From the NCBI GenBank assembly GCA_964188305.1, contig OZ076894.1: a stretch of 64,000 nt of DNA; one strand, given 5' to 3'. A program made the position numbers and the translations under genes. Within the stretch, counting starts at the first letter, position 1; the number at the start of each line of letters is the position of its first letter. The stretch comes from Podarcis bocagei. Its lineage: Eukaryota. Under the pieces are notes generated by a model that was not told where the DNA came from, ran no database searches, and worked only from the letters and a program-made list of their open reading frames with translations. This document shows positions 27,173-41,322 of the stretch, piece by piece.

Positions 27173-28275
27173 ATAAAATCATTGTCTACCTTTGATATTC
27201 CTTTGATAGGAATTAACCCCTAAATTCACCTCCTATTTAAAATTTTGGAACCATTTCTATTACTTTGCACATCAGTTTTGGTTATGCTCTCAGATGTTCT
27301 GGTTGACAACTGAACTTTTCTAACACTGTCCTTTCATCTGAGGCAAAATTTGTTGGAGCAAAAACAGGCTACATAAAGGACTTTGCCATGGGTGCAATGG
27401 CGGGGGAAGGGGCAGGGGGCTGGTCCCCCCGGGTGCCATCTCTGAGGGGGCAACAAGAAGGGAACCCATGGGGGACTCAGCCTGCCACCCCTGGGCACGG
27501 TGGTGCGAGCCACTGTCATCACACCGCCACAGCCACATGCGGTACATAGTGGCACACACACATGCATGCCTGGTGGTTTTCCCCGCCCTTGACATCCCGC
27601 ACCGGGTGGCAGTACTCCTTCCTTCAGCCCTGCGTGGGTGTTGAAGATTGACAGATATTTTAAGGTACACAGTGTTATGACAGCATGTGGGACATCAACT
27701 CTTTCTAGCTGCAGCTTCAGATTCCAGCATGTAATCTATGCTGAAATGTTAGTAACCAAGCCAATTCGGTAACTATATTTTAGGCCCCATTTTAATGCCA
27801 CTGCTGTGAGGTGATGATAACAACAACAATCACAGCTGCAGAAGCCTTTTCCACGTGTAAGAGCATATGTTTGTGCATGCGGGGGAAATTTGTTGCATAC
27901 AAAGAGCACATTTGTGCAAGGAATTCTCTACCCGGCCAATGCAGGCACCCAGTAGCACAGACTTTGGAGCTGAGCCCAAATCACTCATTACCCTTGACCC
28001 ACGCTGAATTAGGTCAGTCAACAAATTAGGTCAGGCATTTTAATGTATTCTGGTGTTCAGGACTCATTTCAGAATGCAGGCTGAAAGCAGTAGTATTAAA
28101 ATGCCTCAAAATAAAATAGATGCGTAATAACTCTGTGGTTGCTTATGGCTGCAGGTTCCATTTATAACTGTTTTGCAGTGAACTGCTTGGAAACAATTTA
28201 TTTATTTTATTTTATTTTTCATAGCTGGTCTGGAAGTGGCATTCCTTTTGGTTTACTTTCTATCCCCTTCATGTG

Positions 28276-28527
28276 CAGCAGTACCTCTGGTTGCAAACAG
28301 GATCCATTCCGGAGCCCCGTTCGCAACCTGAGCAGAACACAACCCGCATCTGCGCATGTGTGGGTCACAATTCGCCACTTCTACGCATGCGCATGACATT
28401 ATTTTGAGCGTCTGCACATGCGCGAGTGGTGAAACCTGGAAGTAACCCGTTCCGGTACTTCCAGGTCACCGCAGGACACAACCTGAAAAGATTTAACCCG
28501 AAGCACCTTTAACCCAAGGTATGACTG
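28276..28527. mobile_element. pogo/Tigger-type MITE (family C)
   Basis: CAGCAGTACCTC ... AAGGTATGACTG|TA with internal gcgcatgcgc palindromes and aacccgaag repeats. Confidence 0.7.
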
Positions 28528-29599
28528 TATTGTCTGTTAGAACTCAGGGTCATCCTGTTAACCATTTCCCGAAGCCTGCCAGTGACCATTCAATCAGAAG
28601 TGGAGGGAACTTTTCATCTGACGGCCCCAAGTCATACAGTGAGATTTGCTTGACCAGGCATGGGAAATTCACCATGGACATGCCAGTTCCCGTAGCAAAT
28701 ATAAGTTCCACACCAGCTCTCAGCTGTCCTGCTGGCAGCTGAAGTTTTGAACAGTTGAGGTTATATTCCTTACAGCAAAAGCAGGCTGAATTGGGGTCCT
28801 GGTATGAGTAGCAAGGTTTCTTGGTATGCCTGGGCAGAAACTGTTTGTTCTTCCTCCCTCCAGAGAGGGCCTGTACTGCAAGAATGACTTGTGGTACACT
28901 TGACAAAACTGAGTGGCTACCACCAGCCTTCAGTGACTCAGAAATGAAAACAGGTCCTTCCTTCCTGTGTCCCTAACCTACTAGAGCTTTTTTATTATTT
29001 AAAAAAATGTAGTTGTCATGTTATGAGCTGCACTGCCAATGAAAATCAATAAAAGCAATTTCCATCTACATTTATGATCTCCTCCTCACTGGGTTCCCCC
29101 TTATCATTTTCTGGAGCTATTTTATCAAAATGTCACTGAGCCTGAACGGAATGTTAGTTTTTTGTTGTTGATTTCTTTCTTTCCCGTACAAATACAGGGG
29201 AAATCAAGTGTTCTTTGTTCAGTTTTAACACAAATAAGTTTAGCAGGATGGTTTCAGTATGTGCTGGATAGAATGGGATATTCTGTGATCCCCACCCCTT
29301 TTGTTTCCATCAGCAGGGCTTTCCCTTCCCAGGCCCAAATCATAGCTTGCTGAGCTCTAAGGTCAAAGGGGACAGATACAAACCATGAAAAGTCAGGGGG
29401 AAATGCTTTAAATTCTGTTTTGGATTCTCTGCAGAGAATATGTGGAGAGCATTTGTAGCTAAAATTCACAGCTATACTATACCTGCATTTGAAAAAAAAA
29501 AAATGTTCTCCTTCATAGAGAGCACGTGTTGCGGTGGGGTCTGTTGCTGGGTGAGTTAGTATGGATGACCATCCACAGTGATTGGACGGTTGGATTACT

Positions 29600-30290
29600 G
29601 GGCAAATTTTGGTGTTGCCATTTAAGAGAACAGACCAAAGGTTATAAAGTCAAGTCACGCAGCACTGACAGGGCTCTTTTGCTGCATGCATCAGATCACC
29701 CGCCCACCCTCCCTAATCTAGGGCTATTGCATTGACCTTGCTATGCCTGTCATGGGGTCGTCCGCCTTGGTGCGGGGGCCTGGTAGGAATTTTGTCCATT
29801 TGGCTGATTGGCTGGTGCCATTTGGTTTTTGCCTACTGCGTAGCAAATCGTCACAACACAGCTGTTAGGCATTGGTTAAAAAAAATTGGTTGGTGGAGGG
29901 GTAAGGATTGGCGGGGCCTGTCCCTCCAATGCTGCTGCTGCAAGGGAATTCCATTAAAGGAATCCAGGGGCTTGCCGTTCTTTTGTCCGTACCCCTGAAT
30001 GGGGCTTGGGGCTGCACAAGCCCCTGGGAGCATGCAGGGAGGGGTGAGGGTCTTGTGCCTGGCTCCATGCTCTCCCCAATATTGTTTTCCCTTACTGGCT
30101 TTCGCTGGAATCTGGAAGTCAGTTCTGTCCCTGGGTGTGGGGACAGATAGTCATAACCAATGCCTAAACAACCACTCACATTTATGTATTTTAATGAAGT
30201 TGTGGCCAAAATTATGACAAAAACCTTAAGGAAAAATTATGTGTGAGTTGTGAATTATTTAGGGGTGGCTTGGGGGACCTCAACACACAA
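29600..30290 (+). mobile_element. Terminal-repeat remnant, tentatively DIRS/Ngaro-like tyrosine-recombinase retrotransposon
   Basis: Homologous (inverted) to 33875-34400; ends with an aatgaagttgtggccaaaatt motif; family assignment is from recall only. Confidence 0.45.
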
Positions 30291-31628
30291 AAACAACGAT
30301 GGACTTCAATATTTGATATCTGCCTGGTGATTTCCTGACCCAGTGTTTTATATTAGTATTTGACAGTGTTGATTGCTCACATGCAATATAAGATATCACA
30401 GTTGTGGGGGGGGGGGTTGGAATTTTACCTTTATGGAACAGTTTTATATTTGCCAGGGTCGTTCTGCATATCTTGCATCTAGCCTGTGCCCTCAGGCTAG
30501 ATCGCCAGTATCATTACCAGCTTTGAAGAAAGATTCAAGTACCAGCCTAGCTGGGGAGTGGGAATGCACCACTGTATCATTTTTTAAAGGCAGCAAGATG
30601 ACGAGTATTAATCGCTAAATTATCGCCCGAGTGTTCCTTTATTTGAGGAGCCCCTCATAAGCTAGCCAGAAGATAGCTTCCAAACCAATGTTTGACAATG
30701 GCTGGCGTACAACAGCATTTTAGGTAGTATTGGATAGTTGGTATGATATTCAAAATGTACCATTATAAAGTACAGCAAGCCTGCAACTTAAATGCATTTG
30801 ACTTGTGCACATTCGGCTTTATGCGCATGGCAAAACTGCAATATGCTACTGTGAGAGATGCCTATGCTTTTGAATGGAGAACATGATGAATGATTAAGCA
30901 TATTACAGATAGTATGTATACATTGCATAGCAATTATTAAGAAATGCATTCTGAAAGTCACATGGCTGTTTCTGCAGATAGGTTTCCTGTCCACTGGCTG
31001 CCAATGTGAAGGAATGTGGATATACCAGGTGAAATTAATTTACCAGTGTGAAACAAAGCCTTTGAGCACAGGGAAAATAAACTCCTGGAACACAGAAGTA
31101 TTCTTTCCTCCACAGTAGTAAAGATCATTTCCTGATCCTCCGCTATTCATCATTCATCATACAGCTTTCAGTATCCAACAATGAAATCTGTTTTCCTGCT
31201 GATTGCTTCCTCCATTCTTTTAATGTTTCTTAATGTGTAGGCTGTTGCAGCATTTTGAGTTGAAGAAACACAGACACATAAAAGATTCTTCCTATTGCCG
31301 CCGCCATCTACCCAGAAGAATTTGTATCATTTCATGTTAATCCAAGGCAAGGTTGGGAGAGCTAGGCCATCTCAAGTTAGATTTGATCTGAAAAGAGCCA
31401 CGTTTAAATTTTTCACCGTTGCTAAAAGAATTCCTTTCTGTGCTTGAGATTCATTTGGCAGTCAACCCAAAAAGTTAATCTGTGCTCATCTTCATGAAGC
31501 CAACATTGTTGTCATGATACAATTACATAATGACTTTGTGGCCTGCAGGTACATGGTGTGCCATTGACCCACACAACTCTTGTGCTGATGTAGCTCATTA
31601 TTTGTTTCCTCTTCACTTTTTGGTAGTA

Positions 31629-31846
31629 CAGTGGTACCTCAGGTTAAGAACTTAATTTGTTCTGGAGGTCTGTTCTTAACCTGAAACTGTTCTTAACCTG
31701 AGGCACCACTTTAGCTAATGGGGCCTCTCGCTGCCACCGCCACACAATTTCTGTTCTCATCCTGAAGCAAAGTTCTTAACCCGAGGTACTAGTTCTGGGT
31801 TAGTGGAGTCTGTAACCTGAAGCATCTGTAACCCGAGGTACCACTG
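31629..31846. mobile_element. pogo/Tigger-type MITE (family A)
   Basis: TA|CAGTGGTACCTCAGGTT ... AACCCGAGGTACCACTG|TA. Confidence 0.92.
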
Positions 31847-33874
31847 TATAGATCCATGTGATAACATTTGATGATATAACCTAGCACTGTGCCTTGTCAG
31901 GTTTCCTGCAACTTGCTTTATTCGCTGTAAAGAAAAAATACACTATTTCAAAAATACTTGCCATATTTGATCTTTGTACTGAAAAATATCTTTTCAAGGG
32001 GGGTGGGGAGAACCTCACAGTATAAAACAGTACCCCCTTATTTATTTATTTGAAAAGCTTTTTTTGTCAAAGTATAGACAGTGCTTTATTCAGTACAATA
32101 GTTCCCATAATGCACAAGGCTTTTCACTCTCCACTGACATAACATGCCCTTTCTCCATGCGGTGTCAGCAGCGGCTGAATAACCAAATGCATTGTGGGAA
32201 GCGCTGCAATGAATTATGTCCCAAACATATTGGAATGCAATATTGGTTTTCTATTATGGGTGCTCTGATTCGTCACAGTTTTCTCACAAATTGGGTCGTT
32301 TTCCTGCGTTAAAAATAAAATCAAATCAAACATAACAGACATTTGGTGCATCACAAAGCTGTGTCTAGTTCTGAATGGGCTCATATACAGTACTTTGCGA
32401 ACCCAATATTTCCATGCGGCTTTTATTGGCTGTTTTGAATCAAAGTCCCCACCTGGTTTTATGATAGGCACAACTGAATATTCTGCAGGATCCCTCTATT
32501 CCCATTCAGAAGCTGGAAAGTTTGTGAAGAAAGCTATGCTTTGCCAATGGATGAAGCTATGTATAAATTGTGACTAAGGGAACATACAGCACAGGCAGCA
32601 GTATTTATACAAGAAAAGAAAACAGGTGTGCCCAAAGAAGGGGGTATCTTTTCTTTGCAGTGTTTCAATTGTGAATAATGGGAACTGCAGTCCACAACAT
32701 TCAGAGGCTACTGTGTTGTCTCTTCTTTGTGTAAATCATATGTGCATGGTATAGTATCTGTGGCTGTGCATCTTGCTCCCCATACAGAAGTAGAAGCAGC
32801 AACATTGGTCTACGGTTTGGTTAAGAATCACATCTGTCATTGGGTTAATTTTGCAAGAGTTTGCACAGCTAAGCTGCTATGCATTTTCCCCTTCCCTCGT
32901 TTGTTTTTTTGTTTGTTTAGCTTTTTTTGCTTGTTTTGTAGCTCCAGTTATATATGCAACCACTTGTAAACAACTCTATAAATATATGAACAGTAACAAC
33001 AACTGACCCTGTGTTCTGTTTGGGGCATGACCCTAATCTCCCTGCCCCAATGCATTTTTGGCTGAATGTATCCTTTACAAGGGCAAACATTCTCTGCCCA
33101 CGATCTGTTCAGACTCTGGTTCCCAATATTGTTGAGCATTCATTTTTGCTAGCAGGATGAATTATTGATTAGCTGCAACAACAAAATTACTCTGTAATGT
33201 AACATTTGAGGCATTTTCATTTAAATAGAGTTGCCTTAAATATTTAGACAGGCACCTGACGATGAATGCTTTTTTCAAACAATTATGGAATGTTCATAGT
33301 GCTCATTGATTCACCGAGATCCAATATTCACAAAGCCTTTCTCTTTAAATTACAAGTCACTGCAGATGTTCTGCTCCATTAGCAGAAGGGAATTGTTTGA
33401 GGTTCCCGGCGATGTTTTCAAGGGCGTTCTGTGTGCTCTGTAAGGCTCGAAGTTATACGGATGTAGCACCTGGGATTGAGGTTTTAAGATGTGTACATAG
33501 TTGACGGGGAATTAAATTGTCGTCTAAATGAGTCGGATACATTGGCTGGTACCTTTAGAGAAAAGGAGAGAGAGAGGAAAAACCTGCTTTTGCCTGTCAA
33601 AGACGAATATTTTGGAAAATGACATAAAGAAAGAAGGCGGGCCTACATCAAGTGATTCATGCAGTGGTGTGATTCTGCTGTGTTATTGAATGCTGTAACA
33701 GAGAAATAGTGTAGCACAGCGGAGATTGATTGAAGTGGCATAAGGCCAGAGCAGGGAATTGTTGAGAGGGAGTCAAGCTTGTCCTCTGTAGCTAAATACT
33801 TACGGGCTTATAGAAGCCTTGAATCCACGCTTTAGAGCAGGGGTGGTGAATCTGGGTGCTTCAGAACCCCATTT

Positions 33875-34700
33875 TGTGCTCTGAGCCCCCAAACCCATCC
33901 CCATGGAAATAAAGACACAGTGGAGACAGAATTTAGTTTAAATGTTAATGGGCAAATTTTGGCCACAACTTTATTAAATACACAAATGTGACTGGTATTG
34001 ACTTAGGCATTGATATCAAAACTATAACTGGCTCCTGCCCCACCCTGCAGGAAGCCTGGAAGGGTAAACAACCAGCAGGGGGATCTCCGTCAGTGCATAT
34101 TGACTGGTGCTCACCCCTGGGGTTCCCGGGGGTCCTGGCATGGCCCTAGCCTCTCTCCCGGCCTCGGACAAGATCCAGACCCCCGGATTCCTTTAACAGA
34201 ATACCCTATTGGAGGAGCAAGTGATGGCCGCACCTCCCCTCCCCTCCCCACATTCCCCTAAATCAATGCCTAACCACCAAGCCTTACAAAGTTGTGATGA
34301 TTGCTAAGAGGTAGGCAAAAACCAAGTGGCCACAGCCAATCTGCCACATTGGACAAAATTCCTACCCGGCCCCTGTTCCAAAACAGGCGACCAACTGAAG
34401 TACAAAGCAAGGTGAATCACGACCTAATTAAAGGGTAGGTGGTCGGGTGTTCGGCAGCACGAAGCAAAAGTAGGTCCCTCCATCGCTTCCAAATAAATAC
34501 CCCCAACCTTGCCACACTGCCAATTGGCTAAAGGCCATTGGCATAACTGTGGCACCACCGGCTTGGAGCAGGGCAAGCCCCGCCCACAAGCCAGTTGGGG
34601 AAGAGTTCCAGGGCCGAGCACAACATGGACCCTCTGTTAGGAGGATCCAACTTACCACAAATCCCATCTTCCCTGACCACTAGCCATGCTGACTGAAGCT
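33875..34700 (-). mobile_element. Second terminal-repeat remnant, same family as 29600-30290
   Basis: Minus strand reads aataaagttgtggccaaaattt and ggtaggaattttgtccaatgtggcagattggctg...tttttgcctac, matching 29782-29840 and 30160-30215. Confidence 0.5.
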
Positions 34701-34958
34701 GACAGGAGTTGAACAACATTTATTTCTTTTCCTTACTTCTGCATCCTCCTTTATCCATCAGGATTCTCGGGTGGCTTGCATTATTCATATTTAAGCAACA
34801 ACTTTTGGACAGGCATTGGTTCCTTACCCCTGCTTGAAAGCTAATGCCATAGACTAACTGTCACCATCTAGAAGTCAGGAAAAGGCTTGGGTTCCCCTGG
34901 GTCCTAGATTTCTTTCTCATCCCCAGACTTTGGACGGTGGTCACTATTTCCCAGACTA

Positions 34959-35329
34959 GTAAAGGTAAAGGAACCCTAGACAGTTAAGTCCAGTCAAAGG
35001 CGACTATGGGGTTGTGGTGCTCATCTTGCTTTCAGGCCAAGGCAGCTGGCATTTGTCTGCAGACAGCTTTCCGGGTCATGTGGCCAGCATGACTACACAC
35101 CTTCTGGTGCAATGGAACACCATGATGGAAACCAGAGCACACAGACACACCGTTTACCTTCCTGCCAGAGCGGTACCTATTTATCTACTTGCACTGGCAT
35201 GCTTTTGAACTGCTAGGTTGGCAGGATCTGGGACAGAACAATGGGAGCTCACTCCGTCGTAGGGATTCGAACCACTGACCTTCCAATTGGCAAATCCAAG
35301 AGGCACAGTGGTTTAGACCACAGCACCAC
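34959..35329 (-). mobile_element. Sauria SINE (older subfamily)
   Basis: gtaaaggtaaagg tail, gggattcgaacc B box, gtttagaccacagc head; homologous to 63671-64000. Confidence 0.88.
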
Positions 35330-37509
35330 TAATAGCCATTTGTCAGCTGCCCCTTCAGGGAGAACAGCTCACTAGAAACACCTACAACAACACTGTTAAT
35401 GGCCTTGAAGTGAATATGACTTAAATTAGAAGCGTTCAATTATTTGTAAAAGTAATTCAAATGGATGCTAAGACTCTGGGCCGAAGCACACTTTCTAGGA
35501 AGTAGTCCAGTAGAATGAACACAATTCTTGCGAACTGTTCAACACGAGTCAGAGGTTATTTAATATTTAACAGAATGTGACGGTATTTTCAATGGAGCAA
35601 GTTTCAAAAAATACAGCTGACTTTCAATCTGCCTTCATCTTTGAAGCAGAGAGTTGCTTCTATCAAATCATGAGTAGCAGCAATATTTCCCTCTTTGCCC
35701 TGAAATATTTGCAAAGGCAAATTGATAAATGGATTGTGACATGAGTAAAGTAATTCAGAGCCTATTCACAGGTGGGAAGATACTGGAGATGGTTTGCATT
35801 AATTCATATGAAATGGCCCAATCACCAAGTCCTACCCTTGGTCCTTTTAGCCAGTCCTGGCAGTGACTTTCTGTTATGGCCTCTGTCAGAGGTATTTGCA
35901 TCTCTACCGCCAGAGATCCTTCACACCATAGTGGCAAACACAAGCAGCTTGGATACTAAATTCCTTATCCAACAGCACCTTTAGATTTTTGCTGAATTTG
36001 ACAGCAAGCCATCAATTTCACTTATCTATTATGAAGCAGCTTGACTAAGACAATCAAAAGGGTTTATGCAATCAGACTTTTGCATTGCTTGGACTTGGGA
36101 TACTATGAGCGAGGGTTTTTTTAATTCTTAAAATCCCTATAAATGGGGGCAGGGGGAAGGACAGGGGGCTATCAAAGCACAGCACAACAGGGGCTTACAA
36201 TGCCCATTCCTGACAGATGCAAGATACCACCAATGACAAAAGCTGGTGCAACGGCAGTAATTCATAAGTCCCTTTGCTCTTTGAAGCGTCAGTAATTGAT
36301 GTTGAGTAGGGTAGTAATGTCAGAGGGCAATTGACGGCCTCAGGGCCTTATGGTTCACATCATGGCTTCAAGTAAAAGTAGCAAGGTCTTTGGACCTTAC
36401 ACATCTGAGTATTGTGAATAGTCTGTGGCCCTTCAGATGTTCAGCCCCAGTCATCATGACCATTGGTCAGGGCTGATGAGAGTTGTAGTCCAATAACATC
36501 TGGAGGCCCATCAGTTAGCCACACCTGTATCAGAGCCATTGAAAAACAGCCCACTGCAAGTGAATGTAAGTATCACGCCTGGAAAATGTTGGCCAATTCA
36601 ATGGGTTATGTGGCATTAAAGAATATGCTCAGCTTCCAAATATTCTATTTATTTCAGTTGTCACACAATGTAGTTCACTGAAGGTTGGAACTAGCCCAAT
36701 CTTGTTCTCATTTTTTTCCATTATACTTTCTTGGTTCTAAGCCGTTTCATTTTTTAATCTTATGCTGATGGGGAAAAAGGCAATTGCCTTTGTTTGTGTT
36801 TCTGAATTGAAGAGTGTTCCAATACTAGGTATCAAAGGATACTTATTGTATTAATCTTTTTCAATTCCACAAAGAATACATTTATTTTCTTTTTCTCCCG
36901 AGAACACGGTCATTCTCTTGAATGCGGAATATACTGAAGGCAGCAGCTTATTCCTCTGATGGTGGCACATATAAATAAAGAGCTGCTTTTATGAACCCAG
37001 CCCAACACCATGATTCATTTAAACTGGCAACCATAATCTTTCTTTTGTAAATCTCAGACATTATTGTCTTAAACAGTTTACGCGAAGGAACGTGTAGTAC
37101 ATGGGGCTAACTGCACATTAACACTCACACAGCAAACAGATTTAAGAGCCCTAGTGCTGTTTGATGTTTGGTGGGTTTTTTTTTTTTAAAGAAAAGCTAA
37201 GTTGACTTGTGGGCAAGGTGGAGGTCTAGTTCAGAGGAAGGGAAGAACACTAAACCCTTCTTCTGCCTACCATTTTTCTACTCCACATTGGCCCCTCATG
37301 CCCTTCTCCCCTCAGCCTTTCAAAAACATACTCCTTTTTCAGTATGGGGTAGAAAATCAACTGGTAGGGAATGGTTTCAGTGACACCTAAGTCTGACTTG
37401 TGTCTTGACTATAAGCAGACTTTTTTCTGAAGCAACTTTTTCATTAAAAAACAAAAACACAACAAAACAGTAAGTACATGTGTGGGGCTCACTAAATAAC
37501 ACACACATT

Positions 37510-37510
<1 letters not shown>

Positions 37511-37580
<70 letters not shown>

Positions 37581-37680
37581 TTATTTGTACCCCGCCCATC
37601 TGGCTGGGTTTCCCCAGCCACTCTGGGCAGCTTCCAACAAAGATTAAAAATACATTAAAATGTCACACATTAAAAACTTC
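37511..37680 (-). mobile_element. L2 LINE 3' end with an expanded (AAT)n tail
   Basis: cccgcccatctggctgggtttccccagccactctgggcagct shared with the copies at 40051, 44660 and 47071. Confidence 0.85.
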
Positions 37681-38660
37681 AGATATAGGTATTTTGTGAT
37701 TAAAATATGTATTTAAACATATTTGTCTATACTTAAAAAACATAAATCAATCACAGATGACTCTAGAAACGGGATGGAATTGATTTTTGAGGAAAACTGT
37801 CATGGAGCAGAAATGCACTCATGCATCTAGCCATACTCGGGGACAATTACTAGGCTATCCAATTGACGTGACAAAACTCTTTATAGAATCTGCTGCTTCA
37901 GAAGCACATTGTTTCATGTTTCTCATATCCTGAACAGAGATAGGAACAGCTACTTTAAAATGAGTCAGACTTTTGGTTCCTCAAGTCCTTATTGCTATCT
38001 ATTCTGACCAGAGGTGGCCCTCTTAGATCTTAGGCCAAACTCTTTCCTGCCTTCCTATCTGAGTATTTTTTAAAACACAGGTAACGGGGACCCTCTGCAT
38101 GAGAAGTGTGCTAGAACTCAAAACGAAGGAGGAAGGCATGTTTGGCAAACCCTCTCTATGACCAATTCCTGCCTGGAAACCCATGTCCTGACTGTTCAAG
38201 GACGTGTAGATCCAGAATTGGCCTCCACAGTCACCTAGGGACACACTATTAAGACTGTCTATTAAGACAATCTTACTTGGCTATGAGTGATCGCCAAAGA
38301 AGAAGAGGAAGGTCTACCACTGAACTATGGCATCTCAGCATTTATTTATTTTTCTGTTTTTTAAATACCACTAGACCCCTTTAGGTAGGATTTGAACCTC
38401 TCTCACCTGCACAGGAACCAAGTCCTAGGTGCTGCGGTCCCTTCAGCCCCTCAATAAAATATTTTAGGGGGCCAGGCATCCCCAAAGTTGATGGACGTTG
38501 CCATTCAAATGGTGTGTGCGCACTGTGTGATGTGATTGATCATGCAGAGCAGGTCTTACCTGGGGACCCCCAATATCTTATTCAAGTTAGCACCCCTGTT
38601 TGCCTGTAACATTTAGACAAGCTTACCCATCTAATTGTGCCATTACATTATCTCCTCTTC

Positions 38661-38796
38661 CAGTAATGGCCAAACTTGGCCCTCCAGCTGTTTTGGGACT
38701 ACAACTCCCATCATCCCTAGCTAACAGGAACAGTGGTCAGGGATGATGGGAATTGAAGTCCCAAAACAGCTGGAGGGCCAAGTTTGGCCATCACTG
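38661..38796. mobile_element. hAT-type palindromic MITE
   Basis: About 56-bp near-perfect inverted arms (cagtaatggccaaacttggccctccagctgttttgggact / agtcccaaaacagctggagggccaagtttggccatcactg); 8-bp TSD tcctcttc/tcctattc. Confidence 0.88.
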
Positions 38797-40050
38797 TCCT
38801 ATTCCATCCTACTTCACATCCTGGGCTGCCATTGAGGGTACAGAGAAATGAATGACGTTTGGCGGTACCGTGGCTTGGGAAAATGCTCATAAACGTCAGT
38901 ACAACCTGACCAGGTGAAATGGCCAGCTTCACATGGTTGTCACTGGGGGAATAGATGAAGGCGGTCATAACAGGGGGCCTAAATTTTGCAGCAAGGCTTT
39001 TCAATGTGTTGTGCCTCGCAGGGGATGGGGGCATTATGCCTCTTCTTCAAGGAAGTACCAAAATGTCTCGAGGCTGCTTGGAACTTCTTTGTCCTGTATT
39101 CCAGCGACGCCAACGAGAGATTAATCCATCGTGACTCTTTGAATTTGCTACTAATCTTCCTTTCTCCCTTCATTTATATTCATGTTTTCCCAGACACTGT
39201 GTTTACTCTTTCGTACCTTCAGGTTTTTCCAACAATTATACATGACACCAATGTAATTCTCTCCTATAAACTATTTTATCAACATCTATTAATTTCTGTC
39301 TGGCTCTTTGTTCCCCTCCGATCCCAGCTGAAAGTGGGAGGTGGGGGCGGGGTAGAGATTTGCACATCTTGGCCAATGTATAATGCAGTGGGCATATACC
39401 GATGCTGACAACTGTTTGAACAAAGTACCTGTGTGTTTGATTGTTCTGTTGTCTCTTCAATCACACAAGTCCATGCTGTTTATTTCTTTGATGATCTCCG
39501 TATCCTCGCATTTCTGTGTCACCCCTCTTCATTTCCCTCTGTTGTTCGGTGTTCTGTTTATCAAAGTGAGTCACTGTCTGTCCCCTCTTGCTAAGTTAAC
39601 CGTTGCGCTCAGGCAGGGTTTATTTTTATTTTATTTTTTTTTTAATTAAAAGAAACGTTTAAAAAAGCTCTGGTAATTGCCTGTGTACTATTGTCAACTT
39701 TGCTTACTAATTAACTCCAACATAGATGGAAGAAGTACCAAAGGTGAAAAATCAAATAGTGTGGCAGACAGATTTTTTTTTTAAAAAAAAGTAAAAATCA
39801 ACAGCAGTGAGAGCCTTTCTTAAACATGCTTTCAAGTGGTTTGAAGAGTATTTTCTCCTACTGTCCATATTTATCTGAAATGGAACATATCTCATAATAC
39901 CTAGACAATCTCTTTCCTCCCTGTGCACAAGCAGAGTTTTCTTCATCTCCTCCTGAGCCTTTAGAACAGGTAATGCTTTCTTTGGTGTGTGGTTTTTTTA
40001 AATGAGGTAAATGTATCATGAGTGCTGGTACAAAATTTAATAATGATACT

Positions 40051-40465
40051 AATAATAATGATGATTTATACCCCGCCCATCTGGCTGGGTTTCCCCAGCC
40101 ACTCTGGGCAGCTCCCAACAGAATATTAAAAATAGAATCAAACATTAAAAACTTCCCTAAAGAGGGCTGCCTTCAGCTGTCTTCTAAAAGTCAGATAGTT
40201 GTTCATTTCCTTCACATCTGATGGGAGGGCGTTCCACAGGGAAGGCACCACAACCGAGAAGGCCCTCTGCCTGGTTCCCTGTAGCTTCACTTCTTGCAGT
40301 GAGGGAACCTCCAGATAACCATCGAAGCAGGACCTCAGTGTCCTGGCAGAGCAATGGGGTGGGAGACGCTCCTTCAGGTATACTGGGCCATGGCCGTTTA
40401 GGGCTTTAAAGGTCAGCACAAACAATTTGAATTGTGCCCAGAAGCATAACTGGGAGCCAATGATG
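40051..40465 (-). mobile_element. L2 LINE 3' end
   Basis: ORF 40138-40425 LTFKALNGHGPVYLKERLPP...RAFSVVVPSLWNALP..FRRQLKAALF is the L2 ORF2 C-terminus. Confidence 0.9.
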
Positions 40466-41322
40466 CCATGGACAGCAAGAAACAGAGGTGATTGGACTCC
40501 TTTTTTGTTTGTTTATTATTTAGTTACTGCATTTGTATACCATCCTTCATCCGTAGACCTCATGGTGGTTCTCAGCATTATAAAAACGCACAACGTACAT
40601 AGGAAAAGCAGGAACAAAAACAAACCAACACCGTCTCTTCCACACACATCCCACAAAGCATTTAAAAAGGATGCTGCATGTGTGTATGCATACACACATT
40701 GGGCTTCAGGGTACTGCTGGTCATAGAAATCAATTGACACCAGGCAAAGAGAGTATCCAGCAAGATGGAGAAAGATTAGGGATTTTAAAGTACTCAGGAG
40801 TGTCTCTATTCTCATCTTTTAAAATGTTGATGGGCATGGCATGGCCGTGGTCTGAATTCTTGAATATGGTGGCATTTCTTAAAGACAGAAGATGCTATTT
40901 ATTTAATCTGTCGCGATTGGATTTTTTTAAAAAAGGAAATCTGTGGCATCTTTTGTTAAACCCAATTTAAAGTGATGCTCTTGTGTTACTGATTTCCCCG
41001 TGTTGCAGGTTCCCTTGATGCGTGTTAAATTACATTAATTAACCTTGTGTCCCAGATATCAGTTGTTAACCTCTTGTGGGAAAATTATTCCTCAGAAGGG
41101 ATTATTTTTGTACTTCAATTTGCTCTTCACTTTGCCAGCATAAGCACAGGCCCCAGATTAGCATGGATTTTGTCATAATTTCTGAAACTAGAAAGATTGT
41201 TCCTATTTCTTTAAATATCCTTTCCCCTTGATAACTTGGTGACCAGGCTATGTTTTTTACTTTGGGGGCGGGGGTTTTATTGTTTCATCTAGTATTGTCT
41301 GTTTTAAAATTTCATTCTTTTA

